From positions 36,990,886-37,054,885 of the forward strand of contig NC_069002.1 of assembly GCF_001194135.2 (NCBI RefSeq): a DNA stretch of 64,000 nucleotides, given 5' to 3'. Both the position numbers and the translations under genes were made by a program. Origin of the DNA: Octopus bimaculoides (Eukaryota). This document shows positions 13,011 through 26,898 of this stretch, piece by piece. Under the pieces are notes generated by a model. It saw nothing but the letters and a program-made list of their open reading frames with translations, did no database searches and was not told where the DNA came from. How positions within the stretch are numbered: position 1 is the stretch's first letter; each line of letters begins with the position of its first letter.

Positions 13011-14109
13011 AGATTGAAAAATAGTTGATGGCTGTTGCTCTACTTAGAAAATACCAGAGGATGTCTACCAAGATACATGGTAATACTTATGTTAGCTTTC
13101 AGTCTATATATTTGAGTTATTTATATTGCATCTGTCCATATACATAGAATGAGAATAAACCAAATTGCTAGCCAAAGTAAAATTATGGATGTTATGAAAT
13201 AGAATTATATCTCATATATTTCCAATGGGAAAAAACTGGATCTGACAAACTAACAACACGGGTCCATGAGGAGCTTCAGATCATCACTGGAGTCACTGTG
13301 GAATTGTTGGTTTTATATTCATTCTTTTTACCCCTGTTCAAGCCTTTCTGTCTTCATCATTCCCTTCCCATATTTACATTTACAAAGCACACAATCTTCT
13401 ACACCCACCGTTCACACTTACAATGGCTGGTTAAATGAGCAGAGAGAACATAGGGTTAGGAGGTCCCACTATTCTTGCTTTATTATGGCCTATCCAACCT
13501 CTTTAGTGCCACAAGAAAACACACAATGCACCTAGTACACTCTGTAAAATGGTCGGCATTAAGAAGCCAAATGACATAATGAATACTTAGTGTTAGGAGC
13601 AGTAGCTCCCAAGGGGAGGTCACTCAATAAATAACAACCTCTTCAACCCAGATGAACATAAAATGATGATGATGAACAAGGTTGATAATTTTTAGAAGAG
13701 GACTTTGATTCCTTGAATCATGCCTCAATACAATTGTACTATCCATAGGAAGAATACAATGAAGTTAGTCCTAGTGTTTCTACGAATTCACAATGAAGAT
13801 ATAGAAAATAAAATATTCAATAAAGACAGTCTGGGAACAGTCAACTGTCCTGTCACTCCACTTGGCTTTAATTATTAATCAAAGGTCTCGTTAGCTTCCA
13901 TTGGTGAGATGAAAAAAAATTTTCTCACAAGGAAAGCCAGGTAAAGGAGTATTGATCAGCTGCTTACCATTCTTGTTGTGATTCTCACACACACACAGAA
14001 ACATACACAATCATCATTATCATCTTCATCCCTACCACCATTATCACTCCTATCATCATCATCATCATCATCATCGCCATCCCCAACGCCTCTAGCATCA
14101 TATCAATTG

Positions 14110-14640
14110 TTGCCTATTTTTCACTCCAGACATGGTTTAGCTGGGTCTGTACTGCATTGGTGTGCAGCACCTTATTCTGCTCAACTCACACTCAAAACAA
14201 CAGGAACAAAAATGTGGGCTGTGGGAGGGGCATGTGCATATCTGTATGTGCACATGTGTGCAATTGCATGCACTTAAACCAAGTAGATGCTTCTAATCCT
14301 CTCAATCTTTTTGGCAACTTGTCTGTGGGGGTCAAATATCTCAAAAGACAGACTTCAACACTTATTTTCACCATATTTTCCTTAGCCATCTCACATCTTC
14401 TACTGTCAACATATGTCACTGTTTTACACCTAGTATGCATATCCATTCACATCACATGTTCATTACCAATGTGCAGCTGCTATTCCTACACATATTGCAG
14501 ATGACTTTTCTGCCTAACTGCTTTCTTGGTGCATTTGCATTCTGCCTTTCATGCTAATTACTTGGCACATCCAACGGAGAATACTTAACTCTTTTCTCAC
14601 TGGAATCTTCTATAGTCAATAGCCATGTCTTGCTGCCACA
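14110..14640 (-). mobile_element. Old RTE-type LINE 3' remnant
   Basis: Weak similarity to the RTE C-terminal 'LTVEG..RKTW' region and the (CAT)n-ended tail seen in other RTE copies here. Confidence 0.4.
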
Positions 14641-15321
14641 CTTCTTAATACATCACGTCATACAAACTTTACACAGAAAGAAAAAAAAGAAAAAACTAAA
14701 AACAAAATATAAAAAAAAAAGAAGAAAGAAAAAAAGCCTTCGTTGTCAATAACGTTTAGTAAGCACTTTGGTATCTTAATTACTGAGAATAGGTTTTAAC
14801 ACACACAGAACCAATTAACAAATCAATATATCAATTAATCATTATTTTTATTTACTTTATGCAACGAAATTACATTCCATCTATTCGCAATTGAAAAATA
14901 AAAATGCAAACAGCAAAATAAAGGTTTATTATTTTGGTACAAGGCCGGCAATTTTAAAGGGAAGACGATTACCCAATATCATTGACCCGACTAACCAATC
15001 ATTAGTTTAACACGAAAAGCAAAATTGACCTTGGTGAGATCTGAGTTCAAAATGTAAAGACTGAGATGAAATATTGCAGGGCATTTTTCTGATGCTCTAA
15101 TTATTTTGTCACCTTGCTGTCTTTCCCGGGAAAAAGCAAGACTTGGACAAATATTTCCCTCTTTTGTAATCAGAAATACCTGTTGATATGATGATTAACC
15201 CTAATGATTTTAGCAAAGCTAATGAATCAGAGTGGAAAAAGCTACATCCATGAAGTAAAACTTAATTCAGTTGATTCAATGAATTATTCCACCCCACCGC
15301 CACCTATTCAACACTACTCAT

Positions 15322-15378
15322 CTGGGATAACGCAAGTGGTAAATTGACAATGTTAACCTACCACTTGGGTTATCCCAG
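15322..15378. ncRNA. Candidate pre-miRNA-like hairpin (unverified)
   Basis: 20-bp stem CTGGGATAACGCAAGTGGTA / TACCACTTGGGTTATCCCAG with one mismatch and a 17-nt apex able to pair further; not seen elsewhere in the window. Confidence 0.3.
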
Positions 15379-15601
15379 AAATGGATGTAAGACTTCAAAT
15401 TAAATTATTATAAATGACTGGAGATACTTGTTCTGCCTTGGTTTTGATTTTTCCTATAATATAATATAAAATGGAACCATAGCACGAATCTCTAGATCCA
15501 GTCTTAGCAGTGATCTTGGAACCTAAAGATGGACCTACTATAGCACTTCCCCAGCATACCTATTCGTTTGGATCACAAGTGAACTAAACCCTTCATATTC
15601 T

Positions 15602-15664
<63 letters not shown>

Positions 15665-16098
15665 TAAGAGAACATTATTATTCCCAAATATGATAACGTT
15701 AGTGACCATGAGTGGAAAAGCTGTATAGGCAAAATTAATAATTATATATATTATATATAAGATATATAAGTATATATCTTATATATCTTACACACACACA
15801 TATATATATATTATGTTTATAGATTTGTGTTTCAAGATTCCTGATGAGAAACCGTGTGTTGAAATATATATTTTATTTCAGGATAGTCATTTTTTTGCCA
15901 AAAATACTAAAAAAAAAACATCCCGAAACACGATAATATATATATATATATATATATATATANNNNNNNNNNNNNNNNNNNNNNNNNNNNNNNNNNNNNN
16001 NNNNNNNNNNNNNNNNNNNNNNNNNNNNNNNNNNNNNNNNNNNNNNNNNNNNNNNNNNNNNNNNNNNNNNNNNNATATATATATTTATATATATATAT

Positions 16099-16133
<35 letters not shown>

Positions 16134-16249
16134 ACATATATATATATTCTATATCAAGCTTTATTTATTATCAAGTAGCATGATATATTAAAAGAGATTA
16201 TGAATTTGAACTCAATATCTTTTGATAACATACAACCTTTCAGCAACAA

Positions 16250-16285
<36 letters not shown>

Positions 16286-18134
16286 ATCTCTACATACAAC
16301 AACAATATATCCAATCTGATATTTGTTGCTGGTTTTGTTGCTTGTTTTCCTTTTCTCCTGACATACTTTACATGACAATTTAGCACAGAGAGCTAAAAAT
16401 AAGACCTGACCTTGATATATATATATATATAAAACAAGCGATAAATGCTTGGAATATATGTCATTTACTACATTAATATACTTTGATTCGATTGACTACT
16501 GACTTCCATATATCTGGATTGAGCATCTGTTAAGAAGAGGGCCAAGTGATCTAAGCTTTGTGGATAGTGATGATGATGGTGGTAATATATCAAATATGAA
16601 TATATTTATTAATATGAATAAAATTATGATTGATATTCTGCAAAATATCAATAAAATATTGGCTTCAAATTTTAACACAAGGCCAGCAGATTTGGGGGAG
16701 GGGGTATATTGATAACATTGACCTCAGTACACAACTGGTACTTATTTCATTGACCCGAAAAGGATGACGGGCAAAGTCGACCCTGGCAGAATCTGAACTC
16801 AGAAAGTAAAGATGGATGGAATGCCGCTAAGCATTTGTCTCCCAGCTCCCCACCCTAAATATCAATAAAATATTAAACATTCTATTGAGCCACCTGATTA
16901 TTTGTAGCCTGTTAACACTCCACAGAGGAAGAGATCAGCTATGCATATGAAATATTAGGAGTCTCTGTCTGTCATTAACAGCCATGGATGAAGATCCTAG
17001 CCGTCTACCTCACTGGAACAGCATTGTCTACGGCTGAATAGTCCAATGCATGAATAGCAGCCCTTGCTACATAATCCAAGCTTGTGGTCTGTCCCAGTGC
17101 TGTCCAGTTCTAGATTCCCAATATAGTGTGTTTGATATGATCTAAGGGGAGCATGGTACAGGAGACCATGCAGTGTATCCCCCACTTCTCCACGTCACTA
17201 ATGGATCTGAAGGAAAAGTGCAGCCCTTACAATTTGGCATCATTAGAAAAAGGTTGTGAACGACGTTGACCTGTCTTTGGACCTCTGAGTCCTGTTTTTT
17301 CCCTTAGAGTTTACTCTTGAAGCCTGGGTTTGGCCACAAGACAGTGAAGGTTTGGAATCAGGGTCTTCCATCCCTTAACTAGACCCTGGAAGTTCTGCTT
17401 GAATGGAATAAGAGAACAAAGTCTGTTAATTCAAAGAAAGATGCACTGACCCTTCTGCCTCAGTTATATTGCCTTAATATTCTAAAATATGTGGTTTTCA
17501 TTTTATAGGTGGGATGAGTACAAATTCATGTCTTGAGTTCAAATTCACTGCAAGTCTTCCATTATGTACCAGAAAAGTGTGTATATACACACACACACAT
17601 TGAATGTGTGTGTGTGTCTGTGTAATTGTTTAGCTTTTTACATTTATTGGTGTTAAGGCAAATGAGCTGGAAGATTCATTAGCATGCCAGGCATAATGCT
17701 TCATGGCATTTCAGCCATCTACATTCTGCACTCAAATTCTACTGTGGTCAACTTTCATCCTTTCAGGGTCGATAAAATAAATACCAGTTGAGCACTTACC
17801 CCCTCCCCAGTATTGCAGGCCTAGTGCCAAAATCTGGAACCAGTATTCATTGGCATTATTAAGAAGGGCACGCTTGACATTAGAAAGGGCATCAATGGTG
17901 TTAGGAAGGGCATTCTTGGCATTAGGACGGGCGTCCTTAGAAACCATCGGGTCTTGTTAAACCATCCAACCCATGCCAGCATGCAACATGGATGTTAAAT
18001 GATGATGATGATGATTCTAGCTTTTACATCCATGTATCTCACTCAAATAAAACAAATATATGTGATAAACTGCTGAGATAATTTTCTTCAACAAGAAAAC
18101 ATCATTAGTGTCACTGCCATTTTACAAATACCAA

Positions 18135-18178
<44 letters not shown>

Positions 18179-18802
18179 CTACCACTATCTTCTCCATCAC
18201 CACCAACACACTACTACTACCATCATAACTACAACCACTGTCACCATCAACACCACCACCATTACTACTACCATAATCACCATCATCACAGTGAATACTA
18301 CCACCACCACCACCACCACCATCGGCACCAACAACAATCAGCCAACACAAAGTCAATGAAGACAGAAGTGGGACTTTGTTCCACATTCCATGTTACACAA
18401 GATAAACAGAAACTGACNNNNNNNNNNATCATCATCATCATCATCATCACTACCACTATCTTCTCCATCACCACCAACACACTACTACTACCATCATAAC
18501 TACAACCACTGTCACCATCAACACCACCACCATTACTACTACCATAATCACCATCATCACAGTGAATACTACCACCACCACCACCACCACCATCGGCACC
18601 AACAACAATCAGCCAACACAAAGTCAATGAAGACAGAAGTGGGACTTTGTTCCACATTCCATGTTACACAAGATAAACAGAAACTGACAGCCTGATAAGG
18701 GTTCCAGAGATGATAAGAAGCTGTACTCGATATAGCAGGGTAGCACAGTGGAAACATAAATACCTCTTAAATTATTTTTGATATGAATCCATTTGAAATC
18801 AC

Positions 18803-18870
18803 CTTCAGTTTTAAAGCATTCATATTCAACTGATTTTGTGAGTCGTGAAGTTTTTGTGTTCCAGAACATC
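18803..18870 (-). CDS. Candidate coding exon (68 nt, phase 2 to 1)
   Basis: Acceptor CCATTCTTCTTCTTAG, donor GAAG|GTGATT, open frame MFWNTKTSRLTKSVEYECFKTE. Confidence 0.35.
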
Positions 18871-19169
18871 CTAAGAAGAAGAATGGACGGAGGCGGGGGG
18901 GGGGGAGGAATTGGCTTAAATGCTGAATTTTGGTCCATAGAATAGAGAGGGAGAGTTGAAAGGAAAGATTATGTGTATGCTGCTACTGGAAGGTGCCTAT
19001 GTACCCATAAATACCCATAATTTTAAACTTTTCATCATAATTTTTATGGAAGAAAATTTCTTTGCTCAGTTATGTTCCAAAGTCCAGCTTATGGCCAATC
19101 CATGAAAGATTCCTAGCTGTGATTATCCTGTTTTTGTTCAGACAGTATTACCAGACTCATCTTTTATTT

Positions 19170-19812
19170 TTTATCTTTTACCTGTTTTAGTCACTGGGAC
19201 ACCACCCTAAAGGGATTTCATTCAATTGACCCCAGTATTTTATTTTAAAGTCTGGTACTTATTCCATTGGTCTCTTTAACTGGACTGCTAAGTTATGAAG
19301 ACATAAACAAACCAACACCAATTGTCAAGTAGCTGCAGGGGACAAACACACACACTCACATACCTGATCGACGTTTTTTAGTTTCCATCTACCAAATCCA
19401 CTCACAAGGATTTAGTTGGCTTGTAACTATAGTAGAAGACACTTAGCCAAAATGCCATGCAGTGGGACTGAACCTAGAACCATGTGGTTAGGAAGCAAAC
19501 TTTTTTTTACCACACAGCCACACCTGCACGTGTTGAACTTTGACAAAAAAAAATGGAAAATAAAAAGAGAAAATCTCCCTGCAACATCATGTTATAAAAA
19601 ACTGTGTCTCTGTGTCTGTGTTTGTCCCCTCCCCATCACTGCTTTACAACTGATGTTGGTACGTTTACATCCCTGTAACTTAGCAGTTTGGCAAAAGATA
19701 CTGATGGAATAAATACTAGGCTTACAAAGGATAAGTCCTGGAGTTGATTTCTTCAACTGAAGCCCTTTAAGGCATGGCTGCATGTCATATGACTGAAACA
19801 AGTAAAAGAATA
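19170..19812. mobile_element. Two SINE family B copies in opposite orientation (19170-19530 minus; 19605-19812 plus)
   Basis: The 3' halves of the same family are inverted relative to each other. Confidence 0.8.
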
Positions 19813-20687
19813 AAAAGTATTTATGTAAAACTAAAAGACACCAAAGTGAGACTCCATTAAAAGGATTTCTAAAATAAATACATATTTCAACATGAAAATG
19901 TAAAACTTTATTAGCTTGTATGAGGGATAGTGTTCTTGATATGCTGCTGTTTGAGTTCTGAGATATTGTAGATACGCTTGCATGTTTAGCAGTGATTAAA
20001 CATGTAGTAGTAGAGACAGTGAATTGAAGTTTGCTATAGTAACAGACTGTTCCCTTAGCATGTCGAGATTGCCAGTATCTGTACATTGTTTTATGTGTGT
20101 ATGTAGTTTGTAGGTATGCAGCATGTGAAAAGTGTGTAGGAGTGATATACTGAAGACTGAGAGGAAAACAAGCAACTGTGGATATTGAAAAACTTTAAAT
20201 TCTCTTCAATGGTTCGCTGGAGACAAATGTCATCCTGTCACCTGCATTGCTATTTGTTCCCATGTGACACACACACACACATGCACACTGCAACTAATAA
20301 GTCTATTAACTCCAGTCTAGACCAGGAACCAGGACTCATCCAAGCCTAAAGGTGCACAAATAAATAACATAGCCCGACAATGAAATCACAACTTAAATTA
20401 TATGGAAGGAAAGAGGAGAGTGAATGAAAGAAAAATCAAGAGAAAGAAACAGATTAGGAGAGAGAAGTGAAAAGAAAAATGACAGAGAGAGAGAGAGAGA
20501 GAGTGAAGAAAAATGCATAAGTATAAAAAGAAAGAAAGAAAAATGAAAGAGAATAAAGAATAGAAAGAATTATAAAGAAGGAAGGGATCTACTGAACATT
20601 TATGACATATAACAATCTTTTAACCCTAAAAAGTCCTTCATAAATTAAAGGGTCGTCTAATACCCCAGCAAAAACTGTGATCCTTAC

Positions 20688-20790
20688 ATCTTGCAGGGTG
20701 ATGGCTGACAGAAGGCCACACCCTTAACTTGGTAACTACTACCAAAATGTCTCCCACAGCCAGTGAGCTTATACACCAACATAACATAGT
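20688..20790 (-). CDS. Candidate coding exon (103 nt)
   Basis: About 90-nt AG-free pyrimidine-rich zone before CAACTAG acceptor, donor GAT|GTAAGG; phase 1 to 2 frame YVMLVYKLTGCGRHFGSSYQVKGVAFCQPSPCK is open (the phase 0 frame is also open). Confidence 0.35.
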
Positions 20791-21429
20791 CTAGTTGCAT
20801 ACAACACGAAAGAACAAAGGAAGAAAAGGGAGAATACAAGTGTTACATGTAGACACAAGAAAGAAGGTTGAACGAATAGTGTTATATAACAGTCTCTAAG
20901 TGTGTGTGTGTGGTGCACAAATGTGTGTGTGTGTGCATGTGTCTTATCATTTCAACATCCACTTTTCCATGCTTGTGGAGGAGCAGATGAAAATTCATTG
21001 AGGTAGATTTTGCATGGCCAGATGTCCTTCCTGTAGCCAACCCTCAGCTGTCCTCAAGCTGGGTAATATTCCCCAATGGCTAGACATGTTTTCACAGAAG
21101 ACTGAAAACTAATGATACCATCTGCCTGATGACACGTGTTTACAGCTATCATGTGATATCAAAACAATAAGATACAAACATGCACAAATCCACACACACA
21201 CACATAGTTGCCATCTATCAAATCCACTCACAAAGCTTTGGTTGGCTTCAAGTGGTCAAAGAAGGCCCAAGATACAGTGAACTTTTTCATAGCTCTTTGT
21301 GCCATTATTCACTGCTGTTCCTCTCTCTCTTTGTTGTCACCCATTCTTCACTTGCAGAGAGCATTGCCATATGTACCTACAAATGAAGGCCTTTGGCAAA
21401 GGGGACCAGACTGAACAATCTGGTGGAGG

Positions 21430-21900
21430 AGAAGAGTAAGATTAAGTGCAATATGTTGGGACTCTGTGAAATGCATCAGAGAAATGAGAGTCAAATGCAA
21501 AATGGAAGGACAGAAGTGTTGTGAGAGTGGGACATGCAGAAGGTCCTCGAGCAATCAGAGGTGTTGGGTTCATTGTCAACAAGGAATAAGAGTGCCTGCT
21601 GCCAGCCTGTATCATCCAGAATAAGAGTGCCAAATGTAGGACTCTCCAGAAAGTTGACCTTGAAGGGTCATTGAGGTTGACACTCCCACCGACAACAATG
21701 TGGTGGAAGATTTTTATGGTGAGCTGAAACAAGTGCTAACCATCAAATCCCCGTACACCACAGTAACGGGAGACTTCAATGGGAAGTGGACAAGGGACAA
21801 GTGAACAATATGTGGGAAGATTTGGGCTTGGAGAGTGGAATGAGAAAGTAGGGTGTTTGGTCAGCACGGCAGAAGCAAAAATCTTGTAGCACCATTAGCT
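21430..21900 (+). mobile_element. LINE (RTE-like) AP-endonuclease remnant
   Basis: GVGFIVNK, VVEDFYGELKQVLTIKSPYTTVTGDFNGK. Confidence 0.7.
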
Positions 21901-22344
21901 TCAATGACATCAAGCAACCAGGCAGATACTAAAGAAAAAGGGAAGAAGAAAACTTGAGCAGATCACAGTTTGATTATCAAAATGCCTTCAACAGCCTACC
22001 AATCTCTTGGATAATAAAGACAGCAAAGGCATCCAGGTATTAAATCTGTCCATCAACTCTCACAAGACAAAATGGAGAGCAATTATTATATCAGAAAATA
22101 AAGATGAAATATTACAGACAAAAAATAAAGATGAAATATTACAGACAAAAACCTATCCTCAAAAGAAGCAAGATTTTTCAGCGTGACTCACTATGTTTAT
22201 TATTTTTCTGCTTAGCCCTGAGTTTGGTAATTAATCAGCTGAACCCAATGTCTCAATATACATACAGGCAGTGTGCATGCATGCGCACACACGCATGTAT
22301 GCATACATATTTTTATATACATATATATTCTATATGTATATATC

Positions 22345-22380
<36 letters not shown>

Positions 22381-25300
22381 NNNNNNNNNNNNNNNNNNNN
22401 NNNNNNNNNNNNNNNNNNNNNNNNNNNNNNNNNNNNNNNNNNNNNNNNNNNNNNNNNNNNNNNNNNNNNNNNNNNNNNNNNNNNNNNNNNNNNNNNNNNN
22501 NNNNNNNNNNNNNNNNNNNNNNNNNNNNNNNNNNNNNNNNNNNNNNNNNNNNNNNNNNNNNNNNNNNNNNNNNNNNNNNNNNNNNNNNNNNNNNNNNNNN
22601 NNNNNNNNNNNNNNCAAACACAGTTCTTTTAATTTTCATTTACCAAATTGACTCACAAGTCTTTGGTCGGCACAAGACTAAAATTGAAGCCACTTGCTTT
22701 TAAAGTATTGTGCTGAAGACAGAACTCAAAATCCCATGGTTGGGAAGCAAGCTTTTTGACAAGGCACAAGACCCAGCTGGAGAACTTACAAGAAAAAATT
22801 GTTGTTGTTTCTATTCAGCAAAGATAGTAAAATGAATACGAGACAATAAATGTGCCAAATGCAGATGAGAGGGGCATATTAAAAGTCATTAGTTGAAGAT
22901 AGATATAAAACAGGAATACCCCAATCAAAAACTAATGAGCAGAGGAAAAGGATGTAACGTGACTTAGAGAAATGAAAACATTTGAACAGAAACTTTTAAA
23001 GCTTGAACTTAATACCAAAATTAAGATAACAGTCAGAAATATAGTTGATATTCCATTTAAAAAATAAGACAAAAAAAAACACTTGAGATAATAAATTCAA
23101 AGTTAGGCCGGAAGAGCTTAGATAAGGAAGCCCCCAAAACTACAACTGCATTCCAAACTCTATGTCTAAAAGGCGAATGAAGATAGAATACAGCTACCGT
23201 GCATGCAGAGGAGAAAGAACTGTTTATAATAAAGAAAAGTTACTAAATGATCATACTGGCTTCAGAACAATACTGAGCAAAGAACATAGATGGACTTATT
23301 ACAAAAGGAGACATAAAAAAAAGAAAAAAAGAAAACCCTTTTCTTTATGCATCAAAGTAAAAGAGAAGAAAAATGTAACAAAGATGGAAGCACAAACAGC
23401 TGAGCTGTCTCTTGCAAGTATGACCTCATGGCTTGTGCCTTACTTTCACTTTTGTTTTAGCNNNNNNNNNNNNNNNNNNNNNNNNNNNNNNNNNNNNNNN
23501 NNNNNNNNNNNNNNNNNNNNNNNNNNNNNNNNNNNNNNNNNNNNNNNNNNNNNNNNNNNNNNNNNNNNNNNNNNNNNNNNNNNNNNNNNNNNNNNNNNNN
23601 NNNNNNNNNNNNNNNNNNNNNNNNNNNNNNNNNNNNNNNNNNNNNNNNNNNNNNNNNNNNNNNNNNNNNNNNNNNNNNNNNNNNNNNNNNNNNNNNNNNN
23701 NNNNNNNATGTAGTTGAATGCAAATGTAGACACTCTCTGGGGCCTCCTGTCCTTGATCTAGTGAAACATTGAGGGTGTGACAGCTGGAGGGGGAGACAGT
23801 TGGCTGCTACTCATTTTCGACTATAATGACTGGAGCAACATGAAATGATGTGCTTTACTCAAGGACACAATTCACTGCCTGGTCCAGGAGTCAAACCCAT
23901 GATCTTATGATTGTGAGCCCAAACCCTAACCATTAGGCTATCACACCTTCTTCACAAACAACACCAATAATAATTCGGTGAGTGAGAAGCAAAAATGGAA
24001 ACATCAAACCAAAATTTGTGCAACACACATCATACACAGGACCTTTTCCACAAAAATCTCTTGCACAAAGACATCATTTATGCACAACATCACACTGGAT
24101 GTTTACTATAGGAAAAATCTTTGGTTATATTCTCATTAATTTTACATTAAATCACAACTGACTGGTGCATTCTCACATTAGGACAACCAGGTGTAAAAAT
24201 CTCATAATGAAACAACATCTGCCGTAAATCTACCTCCATCCATAATGACTGCAATAGAACTCAACAGTCACAAAAGCTGTGTTGAATACACAAAGAAGCA
24301 TGGACACAAATGACTAAAGAAGCTACATAGCCATTCACCTTACTAGCAATAACAGCCAAATCTCAGGACACACAAGATGTTCACAGTGACTCCGAATGCA
24401 CATTGTCAAATGCCTCCTTGAAATTAATGAAGTTTATGCTCAAAGGTTGATTTAACCCTAAGCACTGTTCAATGATGTTTCCAGGTGTGAAAATTTTACT
24501 CACACTACTTTTCATAGAGAAACTATGACCTTCCTCTATAAATCTCAGCCAGTTCTATTCGTAGTTTCTTTCCACTGTTTCTTTCACTCTTATTAGTAGA
24601 ACAGTAAGGAAAGAGAGACCAACATTAAAGACATCCAGTTGCCACAATCTATCACACTGATCTCCCTTTTCTCCACGTCCAACTTCTACAAGCAACGTTG
24701 CACCACCAAACCCCATCAACTCAGATCCCCAATTTCGGATTCTATAAAGAACAGAAAATTCACTGCTAAATCCACTGATGACATACACATCGTTTGACTA
24801 CAAGATCTTTCCATTCTTGCCCTCGATTAGAAGATTTAAATAACTTCTTGCCCTCATCATTCGTTAAACAATTCAATAGAGAGTTTTTGGCATCATTTCA
24901 GAAAATACAAACAGAAATCATAAACACACTAAGCACAAACAACATATATACCAGAAAGTACAAACATGTTAACAGCATACACATCAGTAAGAAAGGAAAC
25001 AAATATCCTTCACATCCTCATGGTTTCAGCATCAGTCCCACAATGCGGCACCATGGGAAAATGTCTTCTATTATGGCCATGGGCCAATCAAAGCTTTGTG
25101 AGTAGATTCTTTTGATGGAAACTGAAAAGGGCCAGCCATATATGTATGAGTGTGTGTGTGTGTGTGTGTGTGTGTCTCCTTGTCTTGACATTGTAAATGG
25201 GCTGTAAATGAGCATCACTGTCATACAAGCAGTGTTATTCATTTCCAATATTCTGCAAAAACAAGTCTGGTCATGGGGAAATAGAACTTTGCTTAGAAAC

Positions 25301-25913
25301 AGGTGAAGGTTGGTGATAGGAAGGGCATCCAGCTGCAGAAAATCAGCTTCAATAAACTCCATCTGACCCATGCATGCATGGAAAAGTGGGTGTTAAAATG
25401 CGGGTGTCTGAGGACTCCAATTCTGCTCCAATTTCTGCTTTGGCATGGTTTCTGCAGCTGGATGCCATTCCTAACAAAAACCACTTTACAGAGTCTACTC
25501 TGTGCTTTTTACATGGCACCAGCATTAATAAGGTTACTATTCAGCACAGAAAACCATTTCAAAGTGTGATAGTTTTATGCCAGGAGATGAGTGGTTAAGG
25601 TATGAAAGGTTCCCCCAACCCACCCTAAAAAAGTATATTAAAAATCTAATTAGAAATAGTTTGGTAAATACAGGGGATAACTCCATACATGTCCCAGTCT
25701 TATTAAACCTCATCAGTATAGATTTCAATGTTCTTACCAGAATAGTAATTAGAGAATCACTAAATAAATGTACAATACTGTACACGAAGAAGCTTGAAAA
25801 ATTAGTATGTTAAAATAACTAATCAAGAAACTTTAGTTACTCAGAGAGTTCATCTGCATGAAAAACAACAGTTAAGTTAGTGCTACAATATTTAAAGCAA
25901 GGAGTTCTGAAAG

Positions 25914-26028
25914 AATCTAATTAGAATTAATCAGGAGGGGAGGTAAAAGTATTTACAGAAATAATTAAAATAATATTTCTTATTGAGTTAATGATGTTTT
26001 TTCCCCACCACATAATTCTAATTAGATT
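25914..26028. repeat. Small AT-rich foldback element (MITE-like)
   Basis: 16-bp perfect inverted ends AATCTAATTAGAATTA / TAATTCTAATTAGATT, plus partial inner complementarity. Confidence 0.55.
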
Positions 26029-26688
26029 TTTTTTTTTTATGCTCACTCCATTAAATACGTTAACACTAATTATTTTGGTGAAGTCAGTTTGGCAGAGTCA
26101 AAATCATATTAACAAGCTATACTAAAACCAACAAGAGAGTCACTATATGTTTGCCCCTGCTTGCTAAAATAGCAGCCAAATCTCACTCAAATCATACTCT
26201 ATTTTCTTAACCCATTTGATTCCAACGCACTTGAGATCATCTCTGGTTTGATGAGACAAGCTTCTGGTTGCAAAGTGATCTAAATTAAAAACTTTCATTA
26301 AAACTTCATGTTCATTTATGTTCCAAACACCAGTTTCATAATGACAAAATTATTTCAATAAATTCTTCATTATTGTCAAAATTAAATGAAACAAAGACAG
26401 TGTATTTCAACAAGAATGAGGGGAGACAAAGGAAGGATGGTGCTCCAGCATGGCCACAGTCATTGGAATGAAACATATAAAAGAATTAGATAATGTAAAC
26501 CTAGACACATTATTATATCATAAAAATAAGATGGAATGGTAACAGCTTCAATGCTTTTGATGATAAATCTGCTGAATCAGTACTGAGTCAGGAGCAAAAG
26601 ATAAACATCCCAGTTATCCAACCCACAACTGAGCTCAGCACTGCAAGTTGATGAAACACTCATCAATTCTACGGTTGAAGGCAGAATC

Positions 26689-26898
26689 AGCTGGCAGAAT
26701 CATTACTGCACCGTGCAGAATGCTTAGCAGCATTTCATCTGTCTTTACATTCTGAGTTCAAATTTTGTCAAGGTCAATTTTGCCTTTTATCCTTTTGGGG
26801 TCAATAAGGTAAGTACCAAGTTGAGCAACTGAGGTCAATGTAATCGACTGACCCATTACTCCAACATTGCCAGCCTTGTGCCTAAATTTGAAATCAAT
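26689..26898 (+). mobile_element. SINE family A (AGCTGGCAGAATC...GAGTTCAAAT...CCTTGTGCCAAAATTTGAAACCAAT); further copies near 14930, 16670, 17700, 30690, 31920, 37105, 52190, 59724, 60571, 61068
   Basis: Repeated at least ten times on both strands, with a B-box-like GAGTTCAAATT. Confidence 0.85.

Noticed and set aside
15841-15875. CTGATGA...GAAAT-ATAT-AT hammerhead-like string
   Set aside because: Stem I cannot form with the flanks and stem III is only AT low-complexity sequence
18157-18688. 261-bp exact tandem duplication (18157-18417 / 18428-18688) with twin ORFs 18111-18386 and 18298-18657
   Set aside because: Identical copies flanking a 10-N gap are a typical scaffolding overlap artefact; the ORFs are (CAT/CAC)n translations
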